A DNA stretch of 41,205 nucleotides. Origin: Jimgerdemannia flammicorona. Lineage: Eukaryota. The position numbers were made by a program, and so were the translations under genes. Where the stretch lies: the NCBI GenBank assembly GCA_003990765.1, contig RBNJ01000111.1, positions 1 through 41,205 on the forward strand, read 5' to 3'. How positions within the stretch are numbered: the stretch's first letter is position 1; each line of letters opens with the position of its first letter. Below the pieces are notes generated by a model, which worked only from the letters and a program-made list of their open reading frames with translations, ran no database searches and was not told the origin of the DNA. Below, piece by piece: positions 1-13,274 of the stretch.

Positions 1-600
1 AAAAAAAAAAAAGAGATTTTAATTATAATTAATTTAAATTGAATTGGCTTTTAATTTAATTCAAATATTTCAATTATAATTAAATTTAACACAATTTCAT
101 TCATTCTAAGTACTGTTTAAAGATTAAATTATTAAAAGATTAAATTTAGATATATTTTATTAAGTTATTAAATCTTGAATTAAATTAAATCAACTTTCAA
201 TTCAACTTATTATAAGAATACTAATTAAACTAATTATATTATCTTAAATTTAATTTGATATTAAATATATCTTTTAATCTATATAGAAATTTTTTTATAA
301 AATAAAATAATAAAAATCTCTTCATCTATTTATATTTAAATTATTCATTTTAATTTATATTATTAATAATTAGATATTATATTATATTATTAATTTTGTT
401 TTATTTAGATTTTATTTATTTTATTTTATTTTTATATTTAATAATCATCTTTATAATAATATTTTTTTAGCTTAAAATATATTTAGCTATTTACTTGAGC
501 CTTGTTAATATTGATAGATTTTATTTTTTGCTATCATACCCATATTCCAATTCTCTTTGATTATAAATAGTTGAATAATGAAATGCTAAATATTTTCACC
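1..600. other. Extremely AT-rich non-coding tract, possibly a terminally decayed repeat
   Basis: Nearly all A/T with many AATT/TTAA words and no CpG seen. Composition switches to normal GC content and CpG at about 600-650. No ORF in the track. Confidence 0.4.
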
Positions 601-808
601 AACCAAGATCGTGAAGATAAAGTTCTAAAACCCCCAAGAATTGGTTCAAGGCGCTCGATCTATAGATTAGCAGAACCGATTAGATAGTGTTATCTGATGA
701 TGTTTTTTACCTACCGAGCGGTAATTTGCATCAGCCCATTTGGATTTTCATATGCTTTTTGAATGGCGTGGGAGGCGACATGATGGCATGGGCGGTTGTG
801 GACGATCC

Positions 809-2615
<1,807 letters not shown>

Positions 2616-3058
2616 ATTCGTCCTATTGATGAGGCGATTCCTTGAACATTCTTCTGTCTTGCGTGGGGTCGTTGTGAGAAATGGTAAAAGTTCTTTTGTG
2701 CATGACGTTTGATTTGGCTCGATTTGTCATACGTTGGTGGCTACAATGTACAATACAGTGTGCTCGTCTTTTTCTGTCGTTTCTCTTTTTTGGCGGTGTG
2801 TAAGAGAGATCTGAAAATTTTCCTGTTCCTGACATTATTGCCCATTTCTTGGCATGTAAGCTTCGCGCTTTATGAAAACTGAACAAGGTGTTTTTTTTTT
2901 TTTTGTTTTTTTTATTACTATTTGCATGGCCCGACAATCCGAATAAATCAAATGGGGCGTGCTGCAACAAAACCAGACAAAGTGAACATTTGACGTCACT
3001 CGGAATATCAGGCTTTCTTTGCTCTCTTTTGCTAAAACTTATTATAAATAAAGTAATC

Positions 3059-3509
3059 ATGAATAGAAAAGAATGTTTTAATTCTCATCAGACAAAAGAA
3101 GAAAGCGAATTTTTAGTTCTAATATCTGATACTGAAGAAAGAGTTAACAAGTTCTATTGTTTCAACAAGAACTAGATAATTGTGCAGATTAAGAAAAAAA
3201 AATTAAAAACAAAGAGAGAGGTGAATGGCCTTGAAGAGTAAAGAATTTAAATAAGTATGGTCAATGAAAATGAGACAAAATTATTGTCACTTATCTCTAA
3301 TGTAAAATATATCTTTATTGAGATATTAGTATTTATAAAGACAGCAAATACTACATTTGTTCTTAGTATACAAATTGCTCAAATAAAATCAAAAAAAGAC
3401 AAGCAATTTGTACATTTTACCTTTAATTTAGATAATATACCTAATTATGCTTATCTTAAATCCAATAATAAAGAAGTCTGTCTTAGCTATGATAGTATAG
3501 TCCTTTATA
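3059..3509 (+). pseudogene. Decayed ORF of unknown identity, 5' part; interrupted by LINE-A and resumes at ~9416-9547
   Basis: The ATGs at 3059 and 3257 share a frame, with a few TAG/TAA stops between them. The frame reads ..CLSYDSIVLY at the left TSD and IVLYKKGLYNYYISDLRESV.. after the right TSD. Confidence 0.35.
3497..3509 (+). repeat. Left TSD of LINE-A (ATAGTCCTTTATA); right copy at 9416-9428 (ATAGTTCTTTATA)
   Basis: 13-bp direct repeat with one C/T difference, flanking the element 5' end and the poly(A) tail. Confidence 0.85.
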
Positions 3510-3590
3510 CACCTTTCTCCTGTATAATTTATGTTATACAAACTTCAAGTAATAGTTTTCAACACAACTTAGAGAAAAGGTACTATAACA

Positions 3591-5630
3591 ATGTCATTGA
3601 GCAAGAGTTCTGAAGGGTATACTGGGTTGGGTGGACCTAGGGCTTTTGGCTGGCAGCATGTGGGGAGAGGTTATGGATTGAAGATGGGGGCTTTTGGAGG
3701 GTTGAAGGGTGGAGAAAGCTCTGGAGGAGAACCAGTGTCAGGTGGATCTGAGGGAAGACCTGGTCCCTCTAGCTTTGCTGATAAGGTGAAGGTGAGTGGA
3801 TGACCTGCTGGAACCAGGGCTGGTGCTGCTGAGGGGAAGGGCAAAGCTAGCATCAGGAGGGGGAGTGGCCCTCAGGTGGGCAATGTGGGCATAGAGGCTA
3901 AAGGAACTGTGGCTGGGAGTGTGACTATTGATGGGAGTGTGACAGGGAATTAGGAAAAAAAAAAGAGATGTGACAGCTGATAGCCAGGTAGGGCAGGGGT
4001 TCTCAATGTAGAAGGGGGACCTGGTGGATGATATAATGGGGCTGGTGGTGGCCCTGTTACTCAAGAAGTCGATCTTGGAGTTTGCTGCTACCTTGTACTT
4101 CCAGGGCTTGGTGATGATAGTGAGGATGGTCTTGGGGCTTATTTTGAAGTAGGTGGCTGGAGCAGTCTCAGTGAAGTTTCTGAAGGGTCTGGAGGGGATT
4201 GAGATAGGCTTTGAGGAGGTGGGCCTACTGGATGAGGCCCTGAAGACTGGAGTAGTGATTGGAGAAGTGGTGGTCCCTATAGTGCAGTGTTTGAGGTAGG
4301 ACCTCAGGGTGATGTAGCTTCTAGTGAGAGGGGTGCTTATGGTGACAAAGGAGGAGACTAAGAGGAGGATAGAGGAGGTATTGGCAGAGTATGGTGATGT
4401 GGTGGACATTGGCTTCCAGATATGAGAGGGGACAATATTCAGGACAGGCAATATTGATATCAGGATTCGACTAGTGGGGAAGGAGGCCACAGAGAAGACA
4501 AGTGACTGGCCCTCGGTGCTGATGTAGGGGACATTTGTCTGTAAGGTGTCAAGGGTAAAAGAGAGTAAAGAGGAGGAGGAGGACTTGTTGGAGGCTCTAG
4601 AGGAGTTGAGTGGTACTGTAGAGAGGAGGGTGAAAGTCTAGAAGCTGTATAAAGAGTCGATACATCTGGAGGTCATGGATGGGAAATATGTATATACTGA
4701 CAGAAGGCAGTGGGAGTGGACCCAGAGGCACAAGAAGCAGAGAGAGCTTTTGGCAAGTATGGTAGGAGGGGGGAAGAAGAAGTTGGTTGAGGCTGAGGAG
4801 GCTGGAGGTGTCAAAGTCAGCATCTGGGCTCGCAAAGGAGGAGAGGAGGTGTGGGTGAATGAGGAAGGAGCTGGGAAGGTGCTGGGCAAGGATCCCTATG
4901 CCAATGGTACCTTTGAAGTTTGGGAGCAGGAGTTGGATAGCACCCCCCCCCCACTTATCAGGAGGGGCCCAGTTGGAAAGAGAGGAGCAGCAGAGGATGT
5001 GCTGATGCAGGGGGCCCAGCAAGTTCACTTTGGGGTCCCAGATGTAGTGAAAGAGAGCCAGGTGGTGGCAGTGGGTGAGGATGAGCTGGTGGATGTCCCA
5101 GAGGAGGAGTGGGATGAGGCTGCCAGTGTGGGAGCAGATATCATGATGCTGGATGCAGAGTGGCCAGGGACTCCTGGAGGGAGGGAGGTGGGGAACTTGC
5201 TGTGGATGAGCAAGATGATGGATAACCTCACAGCTGAGGAGTTGGGAGAAGTTGACCTGCATGTGATATGTACCAGAGGAGCATTGGGCAAGGATTCTGC
5301 ATGGGGATGGGGTGGTGGAGGCATTGAAGGCAGAGATACTAGCAATTTTCAAGAAGGAGGAGGGATATGTGGTAGATGAGATGAGAGAGGCTGAGTTGGT
5401 GATTACTGCTGGTGAGCAGGCTGCCTATTGTTGGGCAGAGTGGCATGGGTTGCAACTCTGGCAGGAGACATGCTTGGAATACTGGGAGGACTTCAAGGAA
5501 AAGGGGGATGGGGTGATGGTGGAACTTCTGGCTAGATTGGAGGCAAAGGTGACTGAAGAGAGGGCACTGACTACAGAACATGACTTGGACTTGGCATAGG
5601 AGGGGCTGAATGTAGATTTGTAGAGGGTGT
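3591..5630 (+). pseudogene. LINE-A ORF1 (stop- and frameshift-disrupted)
   Basis: ATG at 3591 follows the 5'UTR. Segments are collinear with LINE-D ORF1 (24910-26226). The end point is approximate. Confidence 0.7.
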
Positions 5631-5654
5631 GATTGATAACCAATATTATTCCCT

Positions 5655-8600
5655 ATGAACAATACAACTAGCATTTTTTCTCTGAATGTGAATGGACTAC
5701 AGGGATCAGGACAGCATAGGAATATTTTTACTTGGCTTAAGGGATTGGAGGTTGATCTCTTTTTACTGCAGGATATACAGTGTGAGGATGAGGAAGATCA
5801 AGTGGAGTGGACTAGAGAATGGGGAGGGGCTACAGTTTGGAATGGAAAAGTAGTGATTCTGGTAAGGAAGGGTAGAGGGGACTTGGGCAGAATTCAGAGC
5901 TGGGGGGACCATTTGGTCTGGGGAGATTGGCACCAACCTGGGTGGGAATCAGTGAGGGTTGGCTCCTGCTACTGCCCTGCAGTTAGGGGTGAGTGAATTG
6001 AGTGGATTAGGGATCTGTTAGAGGAGGGGGTTTTCTTGAAGGAAAGTATCAATGTTCTGGAAGGTAACTTTAATATGATGCAGGATCCACAGCTGGATAG
6101 AACTGATGGAGAAAGGAGTGCAGGTGGGAGGAGTGGTGGACTGGATAAGTGAGAGGAGGTGGAGAATCTTAGCTCCTTAGGGGATATGGGCAGAATACAG
6201 TGGGGTGACAGGAGGGTCTATATATACTGGGTAAATAGACTGGGTACAAGGATTGACTGGATTCTGATGGCAGAATATTGGGGTGCTGATGTTTGGAGAG
6301 CTCTGGAGATGGAGTGGTGCCCTTGGTCTGATCACTGGGGGCTATTGGGGCAGGGCCAGTTTGGGGGAAGTGGAGATGGACCCAGACATTGGTACCTTAA
6401 CTCCTCCCTGCTGGCTGAGAAGGGGTTATGGAACCTATGGGTGGAGGATGTATAAGTGAAGATCACTACCTGGATATATGAGGGTTTGTTGGTAGATGTC
6501 TGGTGGATGAGGTTGAAGGAGGCTGTGAGGGTTTATTGGGAAGGAGCTAGTAGGGAGGCTGGGAGACAGAGAAGGAACCAATTATGGTATACTTCTAATA
6601 GGCTGATTAGATTGCAGATGGGATGGGCTGAGTTGCTTTATTTTGTAGGGGTGGAAGATTGGAGGTTGGAGTGGACAAAATTGGAGATAATGGAGCTGCA
6701 ACAAATATTGCAAGCAGAGGAGGAGATTCATATGAAAGGAATGGCTACCAGACTATATTGGTAGGGGCTTGAGGAGGGAGAGTGGCCCACTAGGTACTTG
6801 TTGAGGCTTCTCTAAGCTAGGAGGGTGTACCACCAATGGGATGGGGTCTTGGATGTCAAGGGTGATATGGTGTATAGTATGCAGTAGATCTTGGGAGTAC
6901 TGAAGAAAAGATGGAGGAGTCTGTGGAGTGAGGAGGAAGGGAGGGCTGATGAGAAGGCAATTGAAGATACACTGGAGGAGTGGGTGCCACCACAAGTAGA
7001 AAGACTGGGTGATTTGATCTTACTGGTCCAAGAGGAGGAGATCCAGAGAGTCCTTATAGCAACTAAGCTGGGGACAGTACCAGGAGAGGATGGGTTACCT
7101 TGGGACTTCTGGAAGAAGATGGCAAAGGTTCCTAGAGTGTTAGGAGAGATGGCTGCCCTCTGTGACTATGTTCTTCTGAATGGTGAGTGGGTTGGTGAGC
7201 AGGACTTGGAGCTGGTGGCCTTATTGTTCAAAGATAAGGAGAGGAGGAAGGACTGGAAGAACTGGAGGCTGATCATGCTTCTGGATATAGACAGGAAGAT
7301 GGTGACTAAGGTGATTGTTACAAGACTACAGAAGGTTGCCCAACAGGTTCTGGATGAGGAGCAGTGAGGCTTTGTGAGAGGCAGGCTTATCAGAGATAGG
7401 ACTGTCTGGGTGCATGGTATCATTGAGGGGGCCTGGGCTTGTGGACTGGATAATAGACTGGTCTTTTTGGACCAGGAGAAGGCCTATGACCATGTTTGGC
7501 AGGTATAGCTAGGCAAGGTGCTGGATAGAATTGGTGTTCCCCCAAGGTTTTGGGCTTCTATGCTGAATTTGTTGGAGGACAGTAGGGCAGCACTGTTGTA
7601 TAATGGTCACTGGGGTTTGGCATTTCTCTTGGGAAGAGAAGTTCCTCAGAGAGACCCACTGTCTCCTATCCTTTATACCCTTTTATTAGAACCTTTGATG
7701 GATAGGATTCATCAGAGAGTAGCAGGGCTCTCTATATATAGTATGGTGTAGAAGGTGGGGGCTTTTGCAGATGACATGGTGGTTGGACTTAGTTCAGTAG
7801 CAGATATTGAGGTACTCAAGGAGACAGTGGAATGGTATGAGGCACACTTCAGGGCAAAACTCAACTGGCATAAGTGTGAGACAATAGTATTGGGGAATGG
7901 GCTGGTGGAAGGAGATGTCATTGGAACAATTGTCCCCACAGGAGAAGTGGTGTGGTATTTGGGCATCTTTCTTTCTATATATGGATCTGTCTTATCATGA
8001 GTGTGGTGGGAGAGGAGAGTGGCCATTTGGGGAGAGGCTCTTAGAGGTTAGGGGGATTGCCACATCTCTCTGGCAGGGTGGGTGTTGATTCTGAATATAT
8101 ACTGGTTTCTCAAGCTATGGTATGTGGCCTATCATTTAGACTTCCCAGCTTGGGTGGTGAAGAGACTGATGAAACTGGCTAGAGATTGGATTTGGGCAGA
8201 GAGGAGGTTCCAGATCAGTTGGAATACTCTTGCAACACTAGTGGTTAGGAGAGGACTAGGCCTTGTGGATTTCTCTAAGTGGCTGCACTGCCTGAGAGCT
8301 TGGTGGTTGAAAAGGGCTGTTGAACTGCAGAGAGGAGGCTGGGTGCTGCTGCTGCAGAAGGTGTGGGAGATGAGGTTCTCCCCTCAGGGGTCCTCAGGAG
8401 ATTTGCTCTCTATAGTGGGCCTGACTGGGAGCTGACAGCTTTGGTATAAGGGCTTCTGGTAGGGAGTGGTAGATGGAGCACACCAGATAGAACTGTGCTG
8501 GTGAGGTAATGAGGGGGAGGTACTGTGGGGTCCAGCTATGTGGCAATAGAACAGACTCCTGCTGGGGGGTATTCTACTTGCTGAGTTTGATATTGGTGAT

Positions 8601-9310
8601 GGAGTAGAGTGTCAGCAGGGTCTTGGCTGGATCTTTGGCCAAGTAGTTGACAGGCTATAGAGATTGGTGAGGAGTGGGACTGGGCAGAAGTCTGGTCATA
8701 GAGTGTGGAGGTATGGCAGTAGCTTCCTCCTAAGTACTGGATGGTATGGTGACAGATGCTGAGGAGGAATGTCATGTTGAATTTCTGTACTGGGTATCTG
8801 ATAGAAGGTGGTCATTTAGATTGTGAGGAGTGTTATAATGTAGGGTAAGTTGGGAGATTTGTACAAATGCCTGAACATTGGCTAGGAGTGTGTGAGATTC
8901 TGGGGGACTTTTGGATAGCAGTAGAGAATCAGCTGGGTATAGAGAGGAGACTAGATAGAGAGAGAGGTTACTGGGAGGATTTGAAATCTCAGCTAGTAGG
9001 TGGTGTAGGCAATAGTTGGCTCACTGTAGGGTGGGTGTTAGTAGTGTAGATAGGGCTGGCTGGACATTGGTACTTTGTTTTTGAGGAGAGATAACAGATG
9101 GGTTTACAGAAGAAGTTGTTAAGGTGAGAGAGGTTGATGGGGGATCTGCTGATTGGGTGGTAGATGGGTTGGGGTCCCCAGGGTGGTAAACATTGTTATC
9201 TGATGGAAGGAATCTATGAACAGAGTAGTGGGTGGGTGGAGATGGTGTTAGACAAAGTGGTCTTTCATCAAGTAGAGGTAGGAGAGGGGGGGGCCCCTAG
9301 AGGGATTAGA
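5655..9310 (+). pseudogene. LINE-A ORF2 (APE endonuclease + reverse transcriptase + Cys/His domain), many premature stops
   Basis: ORF-track fragments at 5655, 6159, 6456, 6891, 7518, 7755, 8082 and 8867 carry consecutive APE and RT motifs in a single frame. The end point is approximate. Confidence 0.9.
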
Positions 9311-9376
9311 TAGGGTTGGGCATTGTGTAATATTTAGATGATAGATGGTGCTAATAAAGAGAGAAGTCTGAGTGAC

Positions 9377-9418
<42 letters not shown>

Positions 9419-9598
9419 GTTCTTTATAAAAAGGGTTTGTATAATTATTATATATCAGACTTAAGAGAAAGTGTTTTACTTTTGCTAATATTTACTTCAA
9501 TACAAAAGCCCATTAAAGATATATATTTTATAACTATTGATGAATAAAATAAAATATTATCAGCTCTTAAGAATACTATAAAAAAGATAGATAAAGTT

Positions 9599-10387
9599 CA
9601 ATTTTCTCTACTACAATTTATATTATACAAACTTTTGATAATATTTTTAATATAGTATTTAGAGAAAAGGTAATAATAATATAGCAATAAGCAAGAGTTC
9701 TAATAAGTATATTGAGTCAAATAGACCTGGGGTCTTTGGATAGCAGTATGTCAGAAGGGGTTATAGACTGGAGATAGGATCCTTTAGTGGGGCAAAGGAC
9801 CAGGGGGGGTCTGGAGGATGATCAGTATCTAGTGAAGGAGGGGGCAAGTAGAGGTCTGTGAGCTTTACTGTTAAGATAAAGAAAGAAGGTTGACCAGCTA
9901 GCACTAGAGCTAGTGAAGCTAGTGGTAGGAGTAGGATAGATCAGAAGAGAGTGGGAGGTTCTCTGTCTAGAGAAGTAAACATAGGGGCTGGAGGGGCTGT
10001 GGCTGGAAATGAGAGAGTGACTACTGATAGTAGTATAACTAGAGATCTGGAAAAAAATCCAGATATAATAGCTGATAGCAGGGCTAGATAGGAGAGCTGA
10101 GAAAGGAAAGAAGATCTGACAGATAGTGTGATAGATCTGATAGTAGCACTATTACTTAAGAAGTTAATCTTGGAATTTACTATTATATTGTACTTTAGGG
10201 GACTGGTAGTAATAACAAAGATAGTTCTGGAGCTAATCTCAAAGCAGTTATCTGAGACAGTCTCAGTAAAGTTCTTATATAGACTGGAGGAGATTGAGAT
10301 GGAATTTGAGAAGGCAGGACTACTGGAGGAGACTTTGAAGACTGAGTTGATATTTAGAGAGATAGTAGTACTAATGGTAAGATACTT
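9599..10387 (+). mobile_element. LINE-B 5' segment (5'UTR + first part of ORF1), split by insertion of LINE-C
   Basis: Collinear with LINE-A 3510-4290 (e.g. TTATACAAACTT..AGAGAAAAGGTA, AGCAAGAGTTCT, ALLLKKLILEF). The homology resumes at 31456. Confidence 0.85.
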
Positions 10388-12850
10388 CTGAGCAATACCT
10401 TTCTCTAGTACCATTCAGGTTACACAAACTTCTGACAATATTCAAGATAATATGTTTTTGGAGAAAAGATATTAGAATTATAATAACTGATAAGTATTCT
10501 GAGATATATACTGGGCAGAGTGGCTCTAGTACATTTGACTAACAGTATGTAGAGAGAGAGTATAGCTTGGGAGAAAGTATGTGGGGCTTGCTGACTAGGA
10601 GATATAAAAGAGAAGAAGGCAGTATGGGGGGTCAGAGGACTGAGAGAGCAAGCTTTTCTAATAAGGTGAAAGAGAGTCATCTGACAACTAGTCTAGAGGA
10701 CTGGCTGAAAAAGGGCAAGAAGATAGCAAGGACTGCAGAAGCTGGTAGAGTGGCTCAGAGTAGTAAAGACAGTAGAGCTGAGAGAGTGATAACTAGAGGA
10801 AGTGGGACTACTGATGGTAAGGAGACTGCTAATTTGAAAAAAAAAAATCCAGATATAACTAGTGATAGTAGATCTAAATAGGGAGTAGGCATGAGGTCTG
10901 GAGATCTGACTGATAATATAATGGGTCTAGTGGCAGCATCATTACTCAAGAAATTGAGATTAGAGTTTATCATCATACTGTGTTTCTAGGGCTTAGTAGT
11001 GACTGCTAGAATAATTCTAAGGCTTCTGGCCCAGAAGGTGAAGGGAGCTACCTTGGTGAAGTTTCTGAAGGGACTGGAAGGAGTGGAGATAGAATTTAAG
11101 AAGAAGGAGATAATATTGGAGATAATGGAAATGGGGGTGGTGGTAGGGGGAGTAGTGATCTCTATGGCCAGGTATTTATACTGAGACTCTCAAGTTATAT
11201 ATGTAGTTGATAGTATTAGATATTCTTATAGTATTGAAGGAGATAGCCAGAGGGCTGATTGTGGAGGCTATCAAAAAGTATGGAGATATCATAGATATAG
11301 AATTTTAGATCTAGAATGAAACAGAGTTCAGAATGAGTGATATAAATATCAAAGTGCAGCTAGTGAGTAAGAAGAATATGGAGAGAATATAGGACTGGCT
11401 GGTAGTACTTAAGTAGAGACTGGTAGAGTACAAGGTCTTGAGAGTAAAAGAAATACAGGAGGAGGAAGAGGATCTGCTGAAGATATTGGAGGATCTGATA
11501 GAGGCTGTTAAAAGAAAGAGACTGGCCTGAAAGAAGTTTGAGACCAAGATAGTAGTAGAGATTATAAATGATAAGAAGGTGTGGTTGGATTAGGTGGCCT
11601 GAGAGCAGACACAGGGGAGACATATTCAGAAGGATCTGTTGACAAATTTGGAAGGGGGGGCAGCAAGGGGGACCACTATTGAAGATGCTGGATTATAGGT
11701 GAGTATCTGGGTAGAGGAGAAGGGGGGGGCTCCATAGGTGGCCCAGAGAGAGAGAGAGGTAGCTCTGAGTTAAGTGTGGTCATGAAGGATGCCAAGATGG
11801 TCAAGAGGGAGCACTCTCAGTATGGAGTGCCAGGGGGGGCTGCTGGGGAGGAAGAACTGCAGAATATACTGAAAGAGAATTGGATTGAGTTGGCAGAGAG
11901 GAATACAGAGAGAGAGCAGGCAGAGGGGATGTCTAGAGAGTTGAGGAGGCTGTGGACAAGAAGGATTAGTTGTGGAAAATACTTAAGAATGTGGTAGCTG
12001 AGGAGCTGGGAGAGAAGAACTTTTAGATACTAAGTAAGAGATACTGAGGTGAAATTCTACATAGCAAGGAGGTACCAAGGAAAATCTGAGATGAGATAAT
12101 AGTGATATTGCTAAAGACTGAGACTTATCAAGTAGATGATGACAGAGAGGTAGTATATAGGGCAGTGGCAAATAATTGAGCTATATATATATAAAGTCTA
12201 AGAAAGGGACTAGAAAAGTAATAGGTAGTATATAAGAAGTATCAAACTGAGATAGAGGCTGTAGATGATATAGATTATTAGGAGATCTTGGTGGCCCTAA
12301 ATGTTCAGTAGGGAGAGACAGAAGAGCTTGAGGTAGAGAAGAACTTGGATTTTGCAGGTAAAGGAATGAGTATGGAATTGTAGAGTGGACACTTATTCTC
12401 AAAGAACATTATTCATTATAAACAGTATAACTAGAATCTTCTCTTTAAATATCAATGGACTGAGGGGTGCAGTAAGAGATTGGGATATCTTTAGTTGGTT
12501 AAAGGAGCTAGATATAGATATATATTTTCTTATTACAGAATATAGATTATGATGTAGACTTGGACTTACTAGATTGGACAAGAAAATAGAAAGGTATAGC
12601 AGTATGGCAGGGTTGAGTGGGGGACATTGGGGATATTGGATATTGAGAGAGCAGATTGGTATAGAGAGTGTAGAGGAGGCTGGGCTGGAGTCCCCTGACT
12701 GTTGGGTCATACTACTGCCCAGTGAAAAGGGGTAAACAAGTAGATTGGATCCAGAGACTGTGAAAGGCCAGTGTTTTAATAACTATAGGGATTGACTATC
12801 TGGAGGATAACTTCAATATAATATGGGATGACAGTTTTGATAAGAATGAT

Positions 12851-13274
12851 TAGTGCTCCCAATGAATCAAATCGAATCGAATTTGGCTCAAACTCAATTT
12901 GATTTGATCGAATCAAGGGTCCAATTCAATTTGATTTGAATCGAATCAAAGGTCCAATTCGATTTGAAGTTCGATTCGAACCATAATTTTCAAAATGTAA
13001 TAATTTGACGAAAACTCATCCAAATTTAACGTATTTTAGCTTGTTAGATTCACTGTATTAATGTGATTCTAACGAGCTAAAGTACGTTAGATTTGGATGA
13101 GTTTATGCTGAGTTATTGCATTTTGAAAATTAGGGTTCAAATCAGACCCTCAATTTGATTCAACTTTTGATTCAATTCGAATTGATTCGAATTGAAAAAT
13201 CCCCAATTCGATTTGACTTGTTTAACCCTCAATTTGATTCAATTCAAATTGATTCGACTCATTTGGGAGCACTA
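12851..13274. mobile_element. hAT-type non-autonomous fold-back element (MITE), 424 bp
   Basis: Terminal inverted repeats TAGTGCTCCCAA(A)TGA.. / ..TCATTTGGGAGCACTA. Perfect 8-bp TSD AGAATGAT at 12843-12850 and 13275-13282; an 8-bp TSD is diagnostic of hAT. Subterminal AATCG/CGATT arrays. The internal halves are also inverted repeats centred at ~13057. Confidence 0.92.

Larger units (their letters stand above)
3510..9415 (+). mobile_element. LINE-A: full-length, decayed non-LTR retrotransposon (L1/Tx1-like)
   Basis: Short 5'UTR, then ORF1 from 3591 and ORF2 from 5655, then AATAAA at 9353 and poly(A) at ~9380-9416. ORF2 has an APE endonuclease (SLNVNGL, LLQD, TRIDW, WSDHW), RT (PGEDGLP, NWRLIMLLDIDRK, VPQRDPLSPILY, GAFADD) and a C-terminal Cys/His region. 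Flanked by a 13-bp TSD. Confidence 0.95.

Noticed and set aside
2623-3175. ORFs 2623-3060 (-) and 2888-3175 (+) downstream of enolase
   Set aside because: They span the 3'UTR and a T-homopolymer, and the translations are low-complexity with no motifs. Only the 3059-3175 part is retained, within the tentative pseudogene.
3738-5352. Long Ser/Pro/Leu-rich minus-strand ORFs within LINEs (also 25035-25822, 27717-28196, 28950-29981)
   Set aside because: The C/T-rich antisense strand of G/A-rich DNA is poor in stop codons, and no recognisable motifs are present.
7365-7367. Same in-frame TGA (EEQ*GFV) in LINE-A and LINE-D, suggesting readthrough or an alternative genetic code
   Set aside because: LINE-C and LINE-B' have AGG (Arg) at this position, so it is parallel CGA>TGA decay. 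Other stops are scattered over TAA/TAG/TGA, and enolase uses the standard code.
9580-9600. TSD pairing the LINE-B 5' end with the tail at 38458
   Set aside because: Only a 5-nt CAATT match was found, which is not enough to call. Identity of B and B' as one element is left open.
12861-12980. Periodic AATCG/GATTC repeats resembling a CRISPR or satellite array
   Set aside because: No fixed-length repeat-spacer structure. These are subterminal repeats inside a TIR/TSD-bounded element in a eukaryotic context.
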